Shown here one piece after another: positions 23,055 through 35,007 of a stretch of DNA of 64,000 bases; positions within the stretch are counted from its first letter, which is position 1; every line of letters starts with the position of its first letter. The position numbers and the translations under genes are program-made. Source of the stretch: a bacterium. GTDB lineage: Bacteria > UBA8248. The notes below the pieces were generated by a model, which did no database searches, was not told the DNA's origin, and was given only the letters and a program-made list of their open reading frames with translations. Location of the stretch: contig OZ241996.1 of NCBI GenBank assembly GCA_965204535.1, forward strand, positions 1,088,001-1,152,000, written 5' to 3'.

Positions 23055-23324
23055 TCAACGGACCCCTCTGATGAGATCGACAAAAGCGGAAACAAAACCC
23101 AAAAACAATCCGACCACCATCGCCCACGGATATGTACCGAAATAATAATCAATGACATATCCAATACCACCGCCTACGAGCGGCGCAGTCACAAAGTTCC
23201 AGCCCAATGTCGCGAGTTGCACGTTTCGCACACCCCTGCGAATCTTCTGATCCCGCGGCTTGGTCTTATTCTTCGCTTGCGGTCCGCGACTCGGCTCTGG
23301 AGAAGGATCGGAGGCCATGCCCAT
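23055..23324 (-). CDS. AtpZ/AtpI family protein
   Basis: GGGIGYVIDYYFGTYPW...GLFLGFVSAF motif; first gene of the F0 operon. Confidence 0.85.
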   Translation of the reverse strand: MGMASDPSPEPSRGPQAKNKTKPRDQKIRRGVRNVQLATLGWNFVTAPLVGGGIGYVIDYYFGTYPWAMVVGLFLGFVSAFVDLIRGVR

Positions 23325-23369
23325 CTTTCTCCCCGGACGAGAGGTGCGGCAACGAAATTTACGGGCGCG

Positions 23370-23398
23370 AACCTACCAACACGGCCCGAGGGTGTCAA
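23370..23398 (-). promoter_or_regulatory. sigma70 promoter of the atp F0 operon
   Basis: TTGACA-N17-TAGGTT. Confidence 0.6.
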
Positions 23399-23540
23399 GA
23401 CGACTCGGGCGTCTCGGCGGGAAAAACGCATTTTTCCCGCATTTGCCCGTTTTTTCTGTGATTTGCGCGGCTACGGCGGCGAACAAAAGGGGTTATCCTG
23501 CCGATTCGGCGGTAAAGCGCCGCCGGAATCAAGCCTGAAA

Positions 23541-23601
23541 AATTTATCGTCAATTTATCGAAAAACCCCGTGAATTTATCGAATTTTATGGGAATTTTCA
23601 G
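23541..23601. repeat. AT-rich short direct repeats (AATTTATCG x3 plus 2 degenerate copies)
   Basis: Exact copies at 23541, 23552 and 23573; degenerate AATTTTATG 23582 and AATTTTCAG 23593. Confidence 0.6.
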
Positions 23602-23779
23602 AAATTCCTTTTCTGCGAATACACCGACTCGCGTCTCAATCCTGCCACATTCACCCTCCTGCTTCGTAACGGCAACTGCACGCAACTGCGTGAGCGTCGG
23701 GTCCCGACCCGGGGGTTGCGCGCCCCGCGCCGGAATCCGCTTTTTGACAACCCCGCAAGACGACTCGACCGGGCGCGGA

Positions 23780-23808
23780 TTGACGCCGCCGCTCTCCTTT
23801 GCTACTCA
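23780..23808 (+). promoter_or_regulatory. sigma70-like promoter of katG
   Basis: TTGACG-N17-TACTCA with an extended TG. Confidence 0.45.
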
Positions 23809-23902
23809 GAATCGCCCGCCGTTCTCCGGGAGGTGCCGGGTGAAGCGCACGCGCGAGCCGTCCCGGAATAGCGTTATCCGTCAACATATGACCGGAGGGA
23901 AC

Positions 23903-26095
<2,193 letters not shown>

Positions 26096-26199
26096 GGAAC
26101 GGAAACGGAGTATATTCCGCTGAAACCCGGGCCGCGCGTTGGGCGTGGCCCGGAGTCGCACCTTGCCAAATCCACTAGCGGACGGCGCCGTTTAAGAGT

Positions 26200-26437
26200 G
26201 TAGGGGCCGCATATATGCGGCCCGGCCTTTCCGCAGCCAAACGGGTCGCATGTATGCGACCCCTACATACCGAATACGAAATCATCGAAAACGGCGATCG
26301 ATAGGGCGGACACATCGGTCCGCCCCTACACACACCTCATGTTTCGAAACGCTCCCTACGGAATGATGTGGTTCTCACCCTGGCCGTCATTCCGGCAATC
26401 TCTCTTTCCTCGGTCGGCATCGATTGCCGGAATAACG
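26200..26437. repeat. REP/REPIN cluster (GTAG-type pair, two single GTAG REPs, CGTC-type hairpin)
   Basis: GTAGGGGCCGCATATATGCGGCCC...GGGTCGCATGTATGCGACCCCTAC; GGGCGGACACATCGGTCCGCCCCTAC; CGTCATTCCGGCAATC...GATTGCCGGAATAACG. Confidence 0.85.
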
Positions 26438-26672
26438 TATGAGAACACGCATCCGCGCGGGTCGTCACCTGAAAATCATTTTCGTTCCGGCTATCTTATG
26501 CGGTGGGTAAGTAGTATATTGAGCTATCTGAAAATTGAGGGATACAGGCCTCTTTTGATCTTTTGAGAGCATCGGAAGTGGTTTTCATCGTCTCCGGCGG
26601 AGTTGGCTGGAAGATGGCTGCGCGTACATTCGGTCCGGAATTTCTTGGGAAACTATCGAAAAGGAGAATGGT

Positions 26673-27794
26673 ATGAAATGGAACCTGAAAACCTGTTTGT
26701 TCTGCATCCCTTTCGTCATGATCCTGACAGCGGCTTTCGTTGCGCCCGCCTTCGGCATGACCCCGATTTCGCCCCAGGAGAAAAAGCTGATTCCGCTCGC
26801 CAAGAAGGAAGGGGCCGTCACCTTCCTCCAGACCTCCTTCAATAACCCGACAATCCGGCGCATGGGCGCGGCCTTCATCAAGCATTATGGCTTGGGAAGC
26901 GGCTTCAAGCTGAACTCCATCCAGAAGGGTACGGGGCCCACCGTGTCCCAGGCCCGGCAGGAGATACGGGCGAACAAGTTCAGTTTCGACGCCGTCGCCG
27001 TCGCATCGGCGGGCTTTTTCATCGGCGCCGCCAGGGCGGGGGCCTTTCTGCCCCTCGACAGCGGCCAGTTGAAGAACCACGAGGAAAACGCCAAGGCCCG
27101 CGGGATTTTCTATGACTACCCCCATTTCATCGCGCCTTTCTCCTACACCTTCCAGCCCGTCTGGAACTCGGGATGCCCCGGCGTAGGGGATTTGAAGGTC
27201 AACTCCTACAGCGACATCCTGGACAACCCCAAGCTGAAGGGGAAACTCATCGTCAGCGACGTCACCAAGAGCACCTCCTACTCCCTCACGACCATCGGCC
27301 TGATGGAGAACGGTTTCGACGTGCACGGGATGTGGAAGAAGATGAAGGCCCTCGACCCGCTCGTGGGCTTCCGCACCTCGGCGAAGCTTCAGTTGATGGC
27401 CAACTGCGAAGGCGCCGTGGACATGTGGAACATCACCGGCCGGATGATGCAGATCATCCGCAAGAAGCCGGACCTCGCCAAGGTCCTGCGGTGGGGCACC
27501 TACAAGGACGGCCACGTCCTCTTCGGGATGCAGGCGGGCGTCGTCAAGGGCGCGGCGAATCCCAACGCGGCGAAGCTGCTGATGGATTTCCTTCTGACAA
27601 AAGAGGCGGTGGACATCGTCGCCGAGGAGGAGATCAGCTTCTACTCCATGCTTAAGGGCTACAAGCCGCCCGCGTCCGTCAAGAAGTACATGATGGATTT
27701 CAATAAGGTGAAGACCCTTCCTATCAAGGATCAGACCGCGGCGGCGAAGAAGTTCAAGAAGATGCGCAAGGAGTGGCAGAAGGTATTCCGTTAA
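26673..27794 (+). CDS. ABC transporter substrate-binding protein (Fe3+/thiamine-type family)
   Basis: Signal peptide, AKKEGAVT, ANPNAAKLLMDFLL; followed by a permease. Confidence 0.85.
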   Translation: MKWNLKTCLFCIPFVMILTAAFVAPAFGMTPISPQEKKLIPLAKKEGAVTFLQTSFNNPTIRRMGAAFIKHYGLGSGFKLNSIQKGTGPTVSQARQEIRANKFSFDAVAVASAGFFIGAARAGAFLPLDSGQLKNHEENAKARGIFYDYPHFIAPFSYTFQPVWNSGCPGVGDLKVNSYSDILDNPKLKGKLIVSDVTKSTSYSLTTIGLMENGFDVHGMWKKMKALDPLVGFRTSAKLQLMANCEGAVDMWNITGRMMQIIRKKPDLAKVLRWGTYKDGHVLFGMQAGVVKGAANPNAAKLLMDFLLTKEAVDIVAEEEISFYSMLKGYKPPASVKKYMMDFNKVKTLPIKDQTAAAKKFKKMRKEWQKVFR

Positions 27795-27819
27795 TCGATT
27801 GCGGCATGCCCCAGGTTCC

Positions 27820-27852
27820 GAGCCGGGAGACGAGATAGTCGTCTCCCGGCTC
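27820..27852 (+). other. intercistronic stem-loop between binding protein and permease
   Basis: GAGCCGGGAGACGA-GATAG-TCGTCTCCCGGCTC, perfect 14-bp stem. Confidence 0.65.
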
Positions 27853-27878
27853 CGGAGCCGCTCGATTGAGGGGATATC

Positions 27879-29627
27879 ATGGCTGGCATATCCGGGTCTG
27901 AGGCTGTTTCCCGGAACAACTTAGGCTACCTGCGAAACTTCTTTCAGGCAGAGAATCTCGCCACCACCATCGTCAGCATCCTCGTTACGTTCATCGTCGT
28001 GACGCCCCTGATCGCCCTGGTGGTGGGAAGCTTTCTCGTGCTGGACGATCTGGGATTCGGCGCGGAGTGGGGCCTCGAGAACTACCGGGAGATGTTCGAG
28101 GATCCCGTCATCCGCAGATCATTCTTCAACACCCTTTTCGTCAGTACGGGCGCCACCCTGCTGGCCACCTTCCTGGGCGTCTCGCTTGCCTGGATCAACG
28201 CCCGGACGAATTGCCCCTTCCGCGACAGGATCGAGCCGATGAACCTCATCCCGTTCTTCTTAAGCCCTTTCGTCGGGGCGATCGCCTGGCACAACCTGGC
28301 CTCGCCCAAGGTCGGGATGCTGAACAATCTGGCGCGCGGGCTGTTCGGGATTGAAGGCGCCCTCCTGAACGTGAACAACCTGTTCGGGATCATCTGGGTG
28401 ACGGGGATTTTCTTTACGCCCCTTATTTATCTCTTCGTTGTGGGGTCGCTCAGGCGCATGGACCCCTCTCTCGAGGACAGCGCGCGCGTGAGCGGGGCGG
28501 GTCTGCTGCGCACCACTCTGACCGTCTCCTTGCCGCTCGTAGCACCCGGCATCCTTTCGGGCGCCATCATCGTTTTTGTCACCAGCGCGGGGGAATTCGG
28601 CGTGCCCTTCAAGTTGGGCGCGCCCTACGGCTATGAGACCCTGACGACCCAGATATTCACCAAGGCCGTGAGCGAGCAGGCGAACACCTACATGGGCTCC
28701 GCCATGAGCATGACGCTCGGCGTCATCACGGCCATCTTCATCTGGGTGCAGCGGCGCATCATCGCCCCTCGTGAGTTCACGACCGTGACCGGCAAGGGCT
28801 TCCGGCCCAACCTCATCGACCTGGGCCGGTGGAAGTGGGCGGCCTTCGGCTACAACGTCTTCTACATTTTCGTCACCGTCGTCCTGCCCATCTTCAGCAT
28901 TCTCGTCGTGAGCCTGCACAACGTATGGGTGGGCAGGATCATACCGGCGGATTTCACTTCACTGAATTACGAACGCATCCTCTTCTTCTGGTCGCCTAAT
29001 GTGATCCAGCCGGCGACGAACGGCATCCTGAACAGCTTCATCCTCGCCATATCGGGTTCCACGATCGCGATGGTCCTGGCCATCATTCTTTCCTTCCAGA
29101 TTCACCGCCGTAAAGGCAGGTTCGTCGGTCTGCTCGATTTCCTGTGCGCCGTGCCCGTGGGTTTCCCGGGCATCGTGCTCGGGATGGGGATACTCGTCGT
29201 CTACATCAAGACGCCTATCTACGGCACCCTCTGGATACTCCTCCTCGGCTACGTCACCCGGTTCTTCCCCTACGGGCAGCGAAACGTGGCCTCCGTCATG
29301 CTCGCCGTCTCCGAGGAACTCGAACAGAGCTCCCGCCTCGTCGGCGCCTCCTGGGCGACGACGCTCAGGCGCATCACTATCCCGCTTCTGAAGCCTGGCA
29401 TTTTCGCGGGCTGGCTCCTCATGTTCCTGATCTTCATCCGCGAGCTTTCCATCTCGATCATCCTGTTCACCGCGGGCACGGAGACACTATCCACCGGCAT
29501 CTACTACCTCCAGGAGTACGAGACGGAATCGCTCACGTGCACCCTTTCCGTCATTCAGACTTTCGTCCTCCTTGCCTGTGTCCTCCTGTTCCGTAAGATA
29601 GTCGGCCGGGAGGCGCTCGTCGCCTGA
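27879..29627 (+). CDS. ABC transporter permease, fused two-domain FbpB-like
   Basis: Two EAA loops (LEDSARVSGA; LEQSSRLVGA) and about 12 TM segments. Confidence 0.9.
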   Translation: MAGISGSEAVSRNNLGYLRNFFQAENLATTIVSILVTFIVVTPLIALVVGSFLVLDDLGFGAEWGLENYREMFEDPVIRRSFFNTLFVSTGATLLATFLGVSLAWINARTNCPFRDRIEPMNLIPFFLSPFVGAIAWHNLASPKVGMLNNLARGLFGIEGALLNVNNLFGIIWVTGIFFTPLIYLFVVGSLRRMDPSLEDSARVSGAGLLRTTLTVSLPLVAPGILSGAIIVFVTSAGEFGVPFKLGAPYGYETLTTQIFTKAVSEQANTYMGSAMSMTLGVITAIFIWVQRRIIAPREFTTVTGKGFRPNLIDLGRWKWAAFGYNVFYIFVTVVLPIFSILVVSLHNVWVGRIIPADFTSLNYERILFFWSPNVIQPATNGILNSFILAISGSTIAMVLAIILSFQIHRRKGRFVGLLDFLCAVPVGFPGIVLGMGILVVYIKTPIYGTLWILLLGYVTRFFPYGQRNVASVMLAVSEELEQSSRLVGASWATTLRRITIPLLKPGIFAGWLLMFLIFIRELSISIILFTAGTETLSTGIYYLQEYETESLTCTLSVIQTFVLLACVLLFRKIVGREALVA

Positions 29628-29715
29628 TTCATTGCTGTACGGCCCGATATCGTTTTTTCGACATTCCTTGATTCAGCGCTTTTCGCGTCAATGGAGCATA
29701 TGAAGGAGGTTTTTC

Positions 29716-30603
29716 ATGACGCTGCAGACCATCGCCATCATCAGTCCCGGAGAGTTGGGAAGCGCCGTAGGCGGCGTCTTGAAGGAAAATGGACTAAACG
29801 CCGTCACTTGCCTGTCGGGACGAAGCGCGCTCACGCGGGAGCGGACCTTGGCGGCGGGATTCCGGGACGTTCCGACGATGGAAGTTTTATTGGAAGAAGC
29901 GGACCTCGTGCTCTCCATCATGCCGCCCGCCGATGCGGTGGATAAGGCCAGGGAGGTCGCGGCGGCGATGAGAGCCACCGGCCATCGGCCGGCTTATGTC
30001 GATTGCAACGCCATATCGCCCGACTCCAGCCGCCGCGCCGGGAAAATCATCACGGAAGCCGGAGGGGTCTATATCGACGGCGGGATCATCGTCGGCCCGC
30101 CGCCCTGGGAGGGGAGGGTTCCGGTTTTCTACGTCAGCGGCGAAGAGACCGACCCGATGACGCAACTGGACGGGAAAGGGATTTCGGTAAGGGTCGTCGG
30201 GAGCGAGGTCGGCCGCGCATCGGGCCTCAAGATGTGCTCCGCCGCACTCAGAAAAGGGACCCTCGCGCTGCAGACCGCCGTTCTGATCGCCGCAGAGGCG
30301 ATGGGACTGACCGAGGAATTCGAAAAGGAGATGCTCGGCAGCCGCGAGGCCCTTTACCGCCAGATCGAATCGGGAACGCGGCGCCTCCCCTCCGTAGCGG
30401 CGAGGTACGTCGGCGAGATGGAGGAGATTGCCGCGGCCTTCTCGTCCGTGGGCGTCACGCCTAAGTTTCACCAAGGCGCGTATGACGTGTATCGGCTCCT
30501 CGCCGAGACGCCGTACGCCTCCGAAACCCCGGACACGATAGACGGCGGCCGAACCCTGAAAAAAGCGGCGCAGACCTATGCCAATTACCTTCCGATGGGA
30601 TAG
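29716..30603 (+). CDS. NAD(P)-dependent 6PGD/3-hydroxyisobutyrate dehydrogenase-like protein (DUF1932-type C-terminus)
   Basis: SPGELGSAVG, DCNAISP, ASGLKMC, RYVGEMEEIA. Confidence 0.8.
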   Translation: MTLQTIAIISPGELGSAVGGVLKENGLNAVTCLSGRSALTRERTLAAGFRDVPTMEVLLEEADLVLSIMPPADAVDKAREVAAAMRATGHRPAYVDCNAISPDSSRRAGKIITEAGGVYIDGGIIVGPPPWEGRVPVFYVSGEETDPMTQLDGKGISVRVVGSEVGRASGLKMCSAALRKGTLALQTAVLIAAEAMGLTEEFEKEMLGSREALYRQIESGTRRLPSVAARYVGEMEEIAAAFSSVGVTPKFHQGAYDVYRLLAETPYASETPDTIDGGRTLKKAAQTYANYLPMG

Positions 30604-30655
30604 TCGTCTTGAATCCAGTGCAGGGCGATCCCGGAATCGTACCGGATAACTCAAG

Positions 30656-31936
30656 TCAGCCCGCGGGTTGGGCGACGGGGTGCGCCACGTCCTCTTTTCT
30701 GAGCGGTTTGATTCTCGAAGGGTAGGCGAGGACGAACAGCAGCGAGGTGACGCCGGCCGCGAAGCTGAGCAGGATGGAGAGCGTGTAGTCGCCCGTCATG
30801 TCGTGCAGCAGCCCGCCCATGAACCCGCCCGTGGCCATTCCCGAACTGGCGCCTGAAATGAAGGCCCCGTACAGGATGCCCACCCTTCTGGTGCCGTAGT
30901 ATTCGCGGGTGACCATCGGGTACATCGTCCCGTGTCCTCCCATGCCCGTCCCGACCATGAGGGCGACGGCGTAAAATACATAAATGGAATCGGACCACCA
31001 GAGCAGGGGAACGGGTATTGTTTGCGTCAACAGCGTGGTGAACAGCGCCCATTTCGACCCGATGCGGTCCGCCAGAATGCCCAGGCTGATTCGGCCGATG
31101 AGCGTCCCCAGGCCCATGACGCCCACGAGGCCCGCCGCCTGTATGTGGGGAATGCCCGCCTCGATCGCGATGGGCACCAGGTGAACGATGAGCACCGAGT
31201 GGCATATGCAGTCGGTGGCGTGGCTCGAAATGATCATCCAGAAGGGCCTGCGCTTCAGGATTTCCCGCATCCCCAGGGAGGCTTCGGGAAGAATCGGGGC
31301 GGTATCTTCCTGTCTGGCGGGGGAACCGGCGGACTCGCCGCCGTTAGCCTGTGGCCTTTTTTGCGGTACGAGAGACATGGCCGCGGGTATGGCGAGGACG
31401 AAGAAAATGACGCCCAGGTACAGGTAGGAGTTTCTCCATCCGTAGTTGCTGATGAAATAACCGGTGAGGGGCGCCAGAATCAGGATGCCGAGACCCGTGC
31501 CCGAGCCGGCCAGCCCGGTGGCCAGCCCCCGGTGTCTGGTCAGGTTGCGCTGTATGAAGGCCTGCACGGGCGTTGCGATGGCGGCGCGTCCCGTGCCCGC
31601 CATCACGCCGGTGAACAGGAAGTAGTGCCACAGGTTCTGGATGAAAAAGGACAGAAGCAGCGAACCGCCGGAGATAAGAATCCCGATGATCAGCACGGGT
31701 CTCGTGCCGAACTTGTCGGAAAAACCGCCCGCGATCATAGAGCAGAACGCTATCATGAACATGTTGATGGAAAACGCCGCCGAGGCCGTCGAGCGGGTCC
31801 AGTCGAATTCATCTACCAGGGGGTTCAGGAATACGCCGAAAAGAAAATTGAGGCCCGAGAAGAGCCCCAGCAGAACGAAAGCGGAGACGATGAAAACCCA
31901 GTGTCTGGGTGAGAAGAGACGGTGTAGTCGTTCCAA
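30656..31936 (-). CDS. MFS transporter (OFA/monocarboxylate-like)
   Basis: 12 TM segments; GGFSDKFGTR and GILADRIG motif A; RGLATG. Confidence 0.9.
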   Translation of the reverse strand: MERLHRLFSPRHWVFIVSAFVLLGLFSGLNFLFGVFLNPLVDEFDWTRSTASAAFSINMFMIAFCSMIAGGFSDKFGTRPVLIIGILISGGSLLLSFFIQNLWHYFLFTGVMAGTGRAAIATPVQAFIQRNLTRHRGLATGLAGSGTGLGILILAPLTGYFISNYGWRNSYLYLGVIFFVLAIPAAMSLVPQKRPQANGGESAGSPARQEDTAPILPEASLGMREILKRRPFWMIISSHATDCICHSVLIVHLVPIAIEAGIPHIQAAGLVGVMGLGTLIGRISLGILADRIGSKWALFTTLLTQTIPVPLLWWSDSIYVFYAVALMVGTGMGGHGTMYPMVTREYYGTRRVGILYGAFISGASSGMATGGFMGGLLHDMTGDYTLSILLSFAAGVTSLLFVLAYPSRIKPLRKEDVAHPVAQPAG

Positions 31937-32155
31937 ATGCGTTTTCCCAAAAACGGCCGAAAGGTTTTATAAAGGGCTGCGTAGAAGCCATCCTAGAAGA
32001 TGCGGTGCTCACCCGCAAGCGGGATGGGCGGTCCTCCTTGTTTTCCATGTCCCCCGGTTGCCCTTTATGCCCCCTATCGTGTAAGCAGTTCTCTTTGTGT
32101 CCCTTGGGCATAAGCTCTTGAGGGCGCGATATGGTTCCAAATAGGACATTCAAAG

Positions 32156-33568
32156 ATGCCGAAGCGAGTTGCGAAGTCCCGGAAGACGAAGTCCATGAAA
32201 CCCTGGGGCGGAAGGTTCCGGGGCGGGACGGACGCGCGCGTAGAGGCTTTCACCGAGAGCGTCTCGTTCGACTACCGCCTGGCGCCCTACGACGTCCTCG
32301 CGTCCATCGCCCACGCGGAGATGCTCGGAGCGCAGGGCATCATTGCGAAAAAAGACGCCCGCGCCGTCGTCAGGGGCCTTAAGGCCATCTTGCGAGAGGT
32401 GGAGTCCGGTAAATTCGAGTTCCGGGCCGAACTCGAAGACGTGCACATGAACGTCGAGGCGGCGCTCACGGAGCGAATCGGCGCCGCCGGCGGCAGGCTG
32501 CATACCGCGCGGAGCCGGAACGACCAGGTGGCCACCTCGCTCAGGCTGTGGCTCAGAGACCGGGTCGACGAGACGCAGGAAGCGCTTCTGGAGATGAGGC
32601 GCGCTTTGCTCGCGCAGGCGGACGCGCACGTCGACACCGTGATGCCCGGCTACACGCACCTACAGCGCGCGCAGCCCGTATCGCTCGCGCATCATCTGCT
32701 CGCGTATTCCCAGATGCTCAGGCGCGACGGGGAGCGATTCGCCGAAGTGCGCGCCCGGGTCAACGTATTGCCGCTGGGGGCGGGCGCGCTGGCGGGCACG
32801 AGCCACCCCATCGACAGGAAAATGGTGGCGAAAAAGCTCGGGTTCGCCTCCGCCTCCGAGAACAGCATGGACGCGGTGAGCGACAGGGATTTTGCCCTGG
32901 AATTCGCATCCGCCGCCGCCATCGCGATGATGCACTTGAGCCGCCTGGGGGAAGAGGTCATCCTCTGGGCGAGCGGGGAGTTCGGTTTCGTCGAGCTGGC
33001 GGATTCGTTCGCGACGGGAAGCTCCCTGATGCCGCAGAAGAAAAACCCCGACGTGGCCGAGATCGTCCGGGGAAAGAGCGGACGTGTTTTTGGAGATTTC
33101 ATGGCCCTGCTCACCCTGATGAAGGGGTTGCCGCTCACCTATAACCGGGACTTGCAGGAGGACAAGGAATCGGTGTTCGACGCCGCCGATACCCTGCTGG
33201 CCTCCCTGGAGGTCATGGCGCCCATGGTCGAATCCATGCAATTCAGGCCCGAGGCGATGGCCCAGGCTGCCGAGGGTGGGTACATGACGGCGACGGACCT
33301 GGCGGATGCCCTGGTGCGGCGGGGGGTTCCGTTCAGAGAAGCGCACGAGGCGGCGGGGCGCGCCGTGCGAATCGCCCTCGAAAAAGGGGTGGCGCTGGGT
33401 GAGTTGAGCGCTGAGGATTTGAAGCAGGTGGATTCCAGGCTCGACGCAAATGATTTGGCGGAAACGGATCTGGGGAAATCACTGCGTTCGAGGAGCAGCG
33501 CGGGAGGAACTTCCAAGAGAAGTGTGCGGGCCCAGATTCGGGCCGAGAAAAAACGATTGGGAATATAG
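32156..33568 (+). CDS. argH: argininosuccinate lyase
   Basis: WGGRF, RSRNDQV, PGYTHLQRAQP, GSSLMPQKKNPD. Confidence 0.97.
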   Translation: MPKRVAKSRKTKSMKPWGGRFRGGTDARVEAFTESVSFDYRLAPYDVLASIAHAEMLGAQGIIAKKDARAVVRGLKAILREVESGKFEFRAELEDVHMNVEAALTERIGAAGGRLHTARSRNDQVATSLRLWLRDRVDETQEALLEMRRALLAQADAHVDTVMPGYTHLQRAQPVSLAHHLLAYSQMLRRDGERFAEVRARVNVLPLGAGALAGTSHPIDRKMVAKKLGFASASENSMDAVSDRDFALEFASAAAIAMMHLSRLGEEVILWASGEFGFVELADSFATGSSLMPQKKNPDVAEIVRGKSGRVFGDFMALLTLMKGLPLTYNRDLQEDKESVFDAADTLLASLEVMAPMVESMQFRPEAMAQAAEGGYMTATDLADALVRRGVPFREAHEAAGRAVRIALEKGVALGELSAEDLKQVDSRLDANDLAETDLGKSLRSRSSAGGTSKRSVRAQIRAEKKRLGI

Positions 33569-33569
33569 G

Positions 33570-33689
33570 ATGATGAAGAGAATTTTACTGGCGGGCGCCC
33601 TAGTGGTCGCGATGGCCTGCATGGCTGCGGGTTGCGGCGTCAAGGGACCGCCGAAACCTCCCAAGAGTCCGGTCGCCAAGAGTTTGTAG
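33570..33689 (+). CDS. lptM: small lipoprotein, LptM/YifL-like
   Basis: Lipobox MAAGC followed by GVKGPP; canonical argH-X-lysA position. Confidence 0.75.
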   Translation: MMKRILLAGALVVAMACMAAGCGVKGPPKPPKSPVAKSL

Positions 33690-33729
33690 GAACTCAGGCT
33701 CAGCGGGACTCGGAAAGAGAGCTTTCAGA

Positions 33730-35007
33730 ATGCACCATTTTGATTACAAAGACGGCGAGTTGTGCGCCGAAGACGTATCCTTGACGCGGCTGGCGGAGGA
33801 GGTGGGAACGCCTTTTTACGTCTACAGCCACGAGACGCTGACGAGGCATTTCCGCGTTTTCAGCGAGGCGTTCGCATCCGTCCCGCACCTCATCTGCTTC
33901 GCCATGAAGAGCAACTCGAACCTGGCGATTCTCAGGCTCTTCGGCGCGATGGGCGGTGGGCTGGACATCGTTTCGGGCGGCGAGTTGTTCCGCGCGGTGA
34001 AGGCCGGGATGTCGTACGATCGCATCGTGTTCGCGGGCGTGGGCAAGTCGGACGAGGAGATCGCCTATGCGCTCGAAAAGGGCGTGTTGCTCTTCAACGT
34101 GGAGAGCGAGGAGGAGTTGGTGAACATCGGCGCGGTGGCGAGCCGGGTGGGCAAGCAGGCGCAGGTCGCGATCCGGGTGAACCCCGACGTCGACCCCCAG
34201 ACGCATCCCTACATCACCACCGGCCTCAAGAAGAGCAAGTTCGGCATCGACATCAACCGGGCACGAGAGCAGTACCGGACGGCGGCGAAGCTCGAGGGCG
34301 TCGAACCCACAGGCGTTCATTGCCATATCGGGAGCCAGATCACTTCGAGCAGCCCGTTCGCCGACTCGGTGGAAATCGTGGCGCGCCTGGTGGGCGAGTT
34401 ACGCGGTGACGGGCACGACATCGGCTATCTGAACCTGGGCGGCGGCTTGGGCATCACCTATCACGACGAGGCGCCGCCGCTGCCGAAAGACTATGCGGCG
34501 GCCATACTGCCGAAGCTCCGGGATCTGGGATGCACGCTCATTTTCGAGCCGGGCCGCGTCATCACGGGCAACGCAGGGATCCTCGTCACGCGCGTGCTGT
34601 ACGGGAAGGAAAATCCCGAGAAACGCTTCGTGATCATCGACGCCGGCATGAACGACCTCATCCGTCCCAGCCTCTATCAGGCCTTTCAGGACGTGTGGCC
34701 GGTGGAGGAGGCGGCGCGGGAGAGGCCGAGGCATATTACGGACTTGGTGGGCCCGGTATGCGAGAGCGGGGACTATCTGGCCAAGGACCGCGATTTGCCC
34801 GAGTTTTATCGCGACGATCTGGTGGCCGTCATGAGTTCGGGAGCGTACGGCTTCACCATGGCGTCGAACTACAACTCGCGCCCCAGGCCGCCCGAGATTC
34901 TTGTGCGCGGGGAGGAGTATCATATAATCAGGGAGCGCGAGACGTATGACGATCTCGTTCGCGGCGAGCACATTCCGGGGTTTATCGAAGAGAGGCGGAT
35001 TCCGTGA
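33730..35007 (+). CDS. lysA: diaminopimelate decarboxylase
   Basis: FAMKSN, HCHIGSQ, EPGR, GPVCESGD, SNYNSRP. Confidence 0.97.
   Translation: MHHFDYKDGELCAEDVSLTRLAEEVGTPFYVYSHETLTRHFRVFSEAFASVPHLICFAMKSNSNLAILRLFGAMGGGLDIVSGGELFRAVKAGMSYDRIVFAGVGKSDEEIAYALEKGVLLFNVESEEELVNIGAVASRVGKQAQVAIRVNPDVDPQTHPYITTGLKKSKFGIDINRAREQYRTAAKLEGVEPTGVHCHIGSQITSSSPFADSVEIVARLVGELRGDGHDIGYLNLGGGLGITYHDEAPPLPKDYAAAILPKLRDLGCTLIFEPGRVITGNAGILVTRVLYGKENPEKRFVIIDAGMNDLIRPSLYQAFQDVWPVEEAARERPRHITDLVGPVCESGDYLAKDRDLPEFYRDDLVAVMSSGAYGFTMASNYNSRPRPPEILVRGEEYHIIRERETYDDLVRGEHIPGFIEERRIP

Noticed and set aside
23330-23900. oriC at the strand-orientation switch with an AT-rich patch
   Set aside because: No DnaA-box cluster and no dnaA/gidA-type context.
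23814-23902. yybP-ykoY (Mn) riboswitch in the katG leader (GGAATAGC...CGTCAACA)
   Set aside because: Only short motif resemblance; the closing elements and sufficient length are missing.
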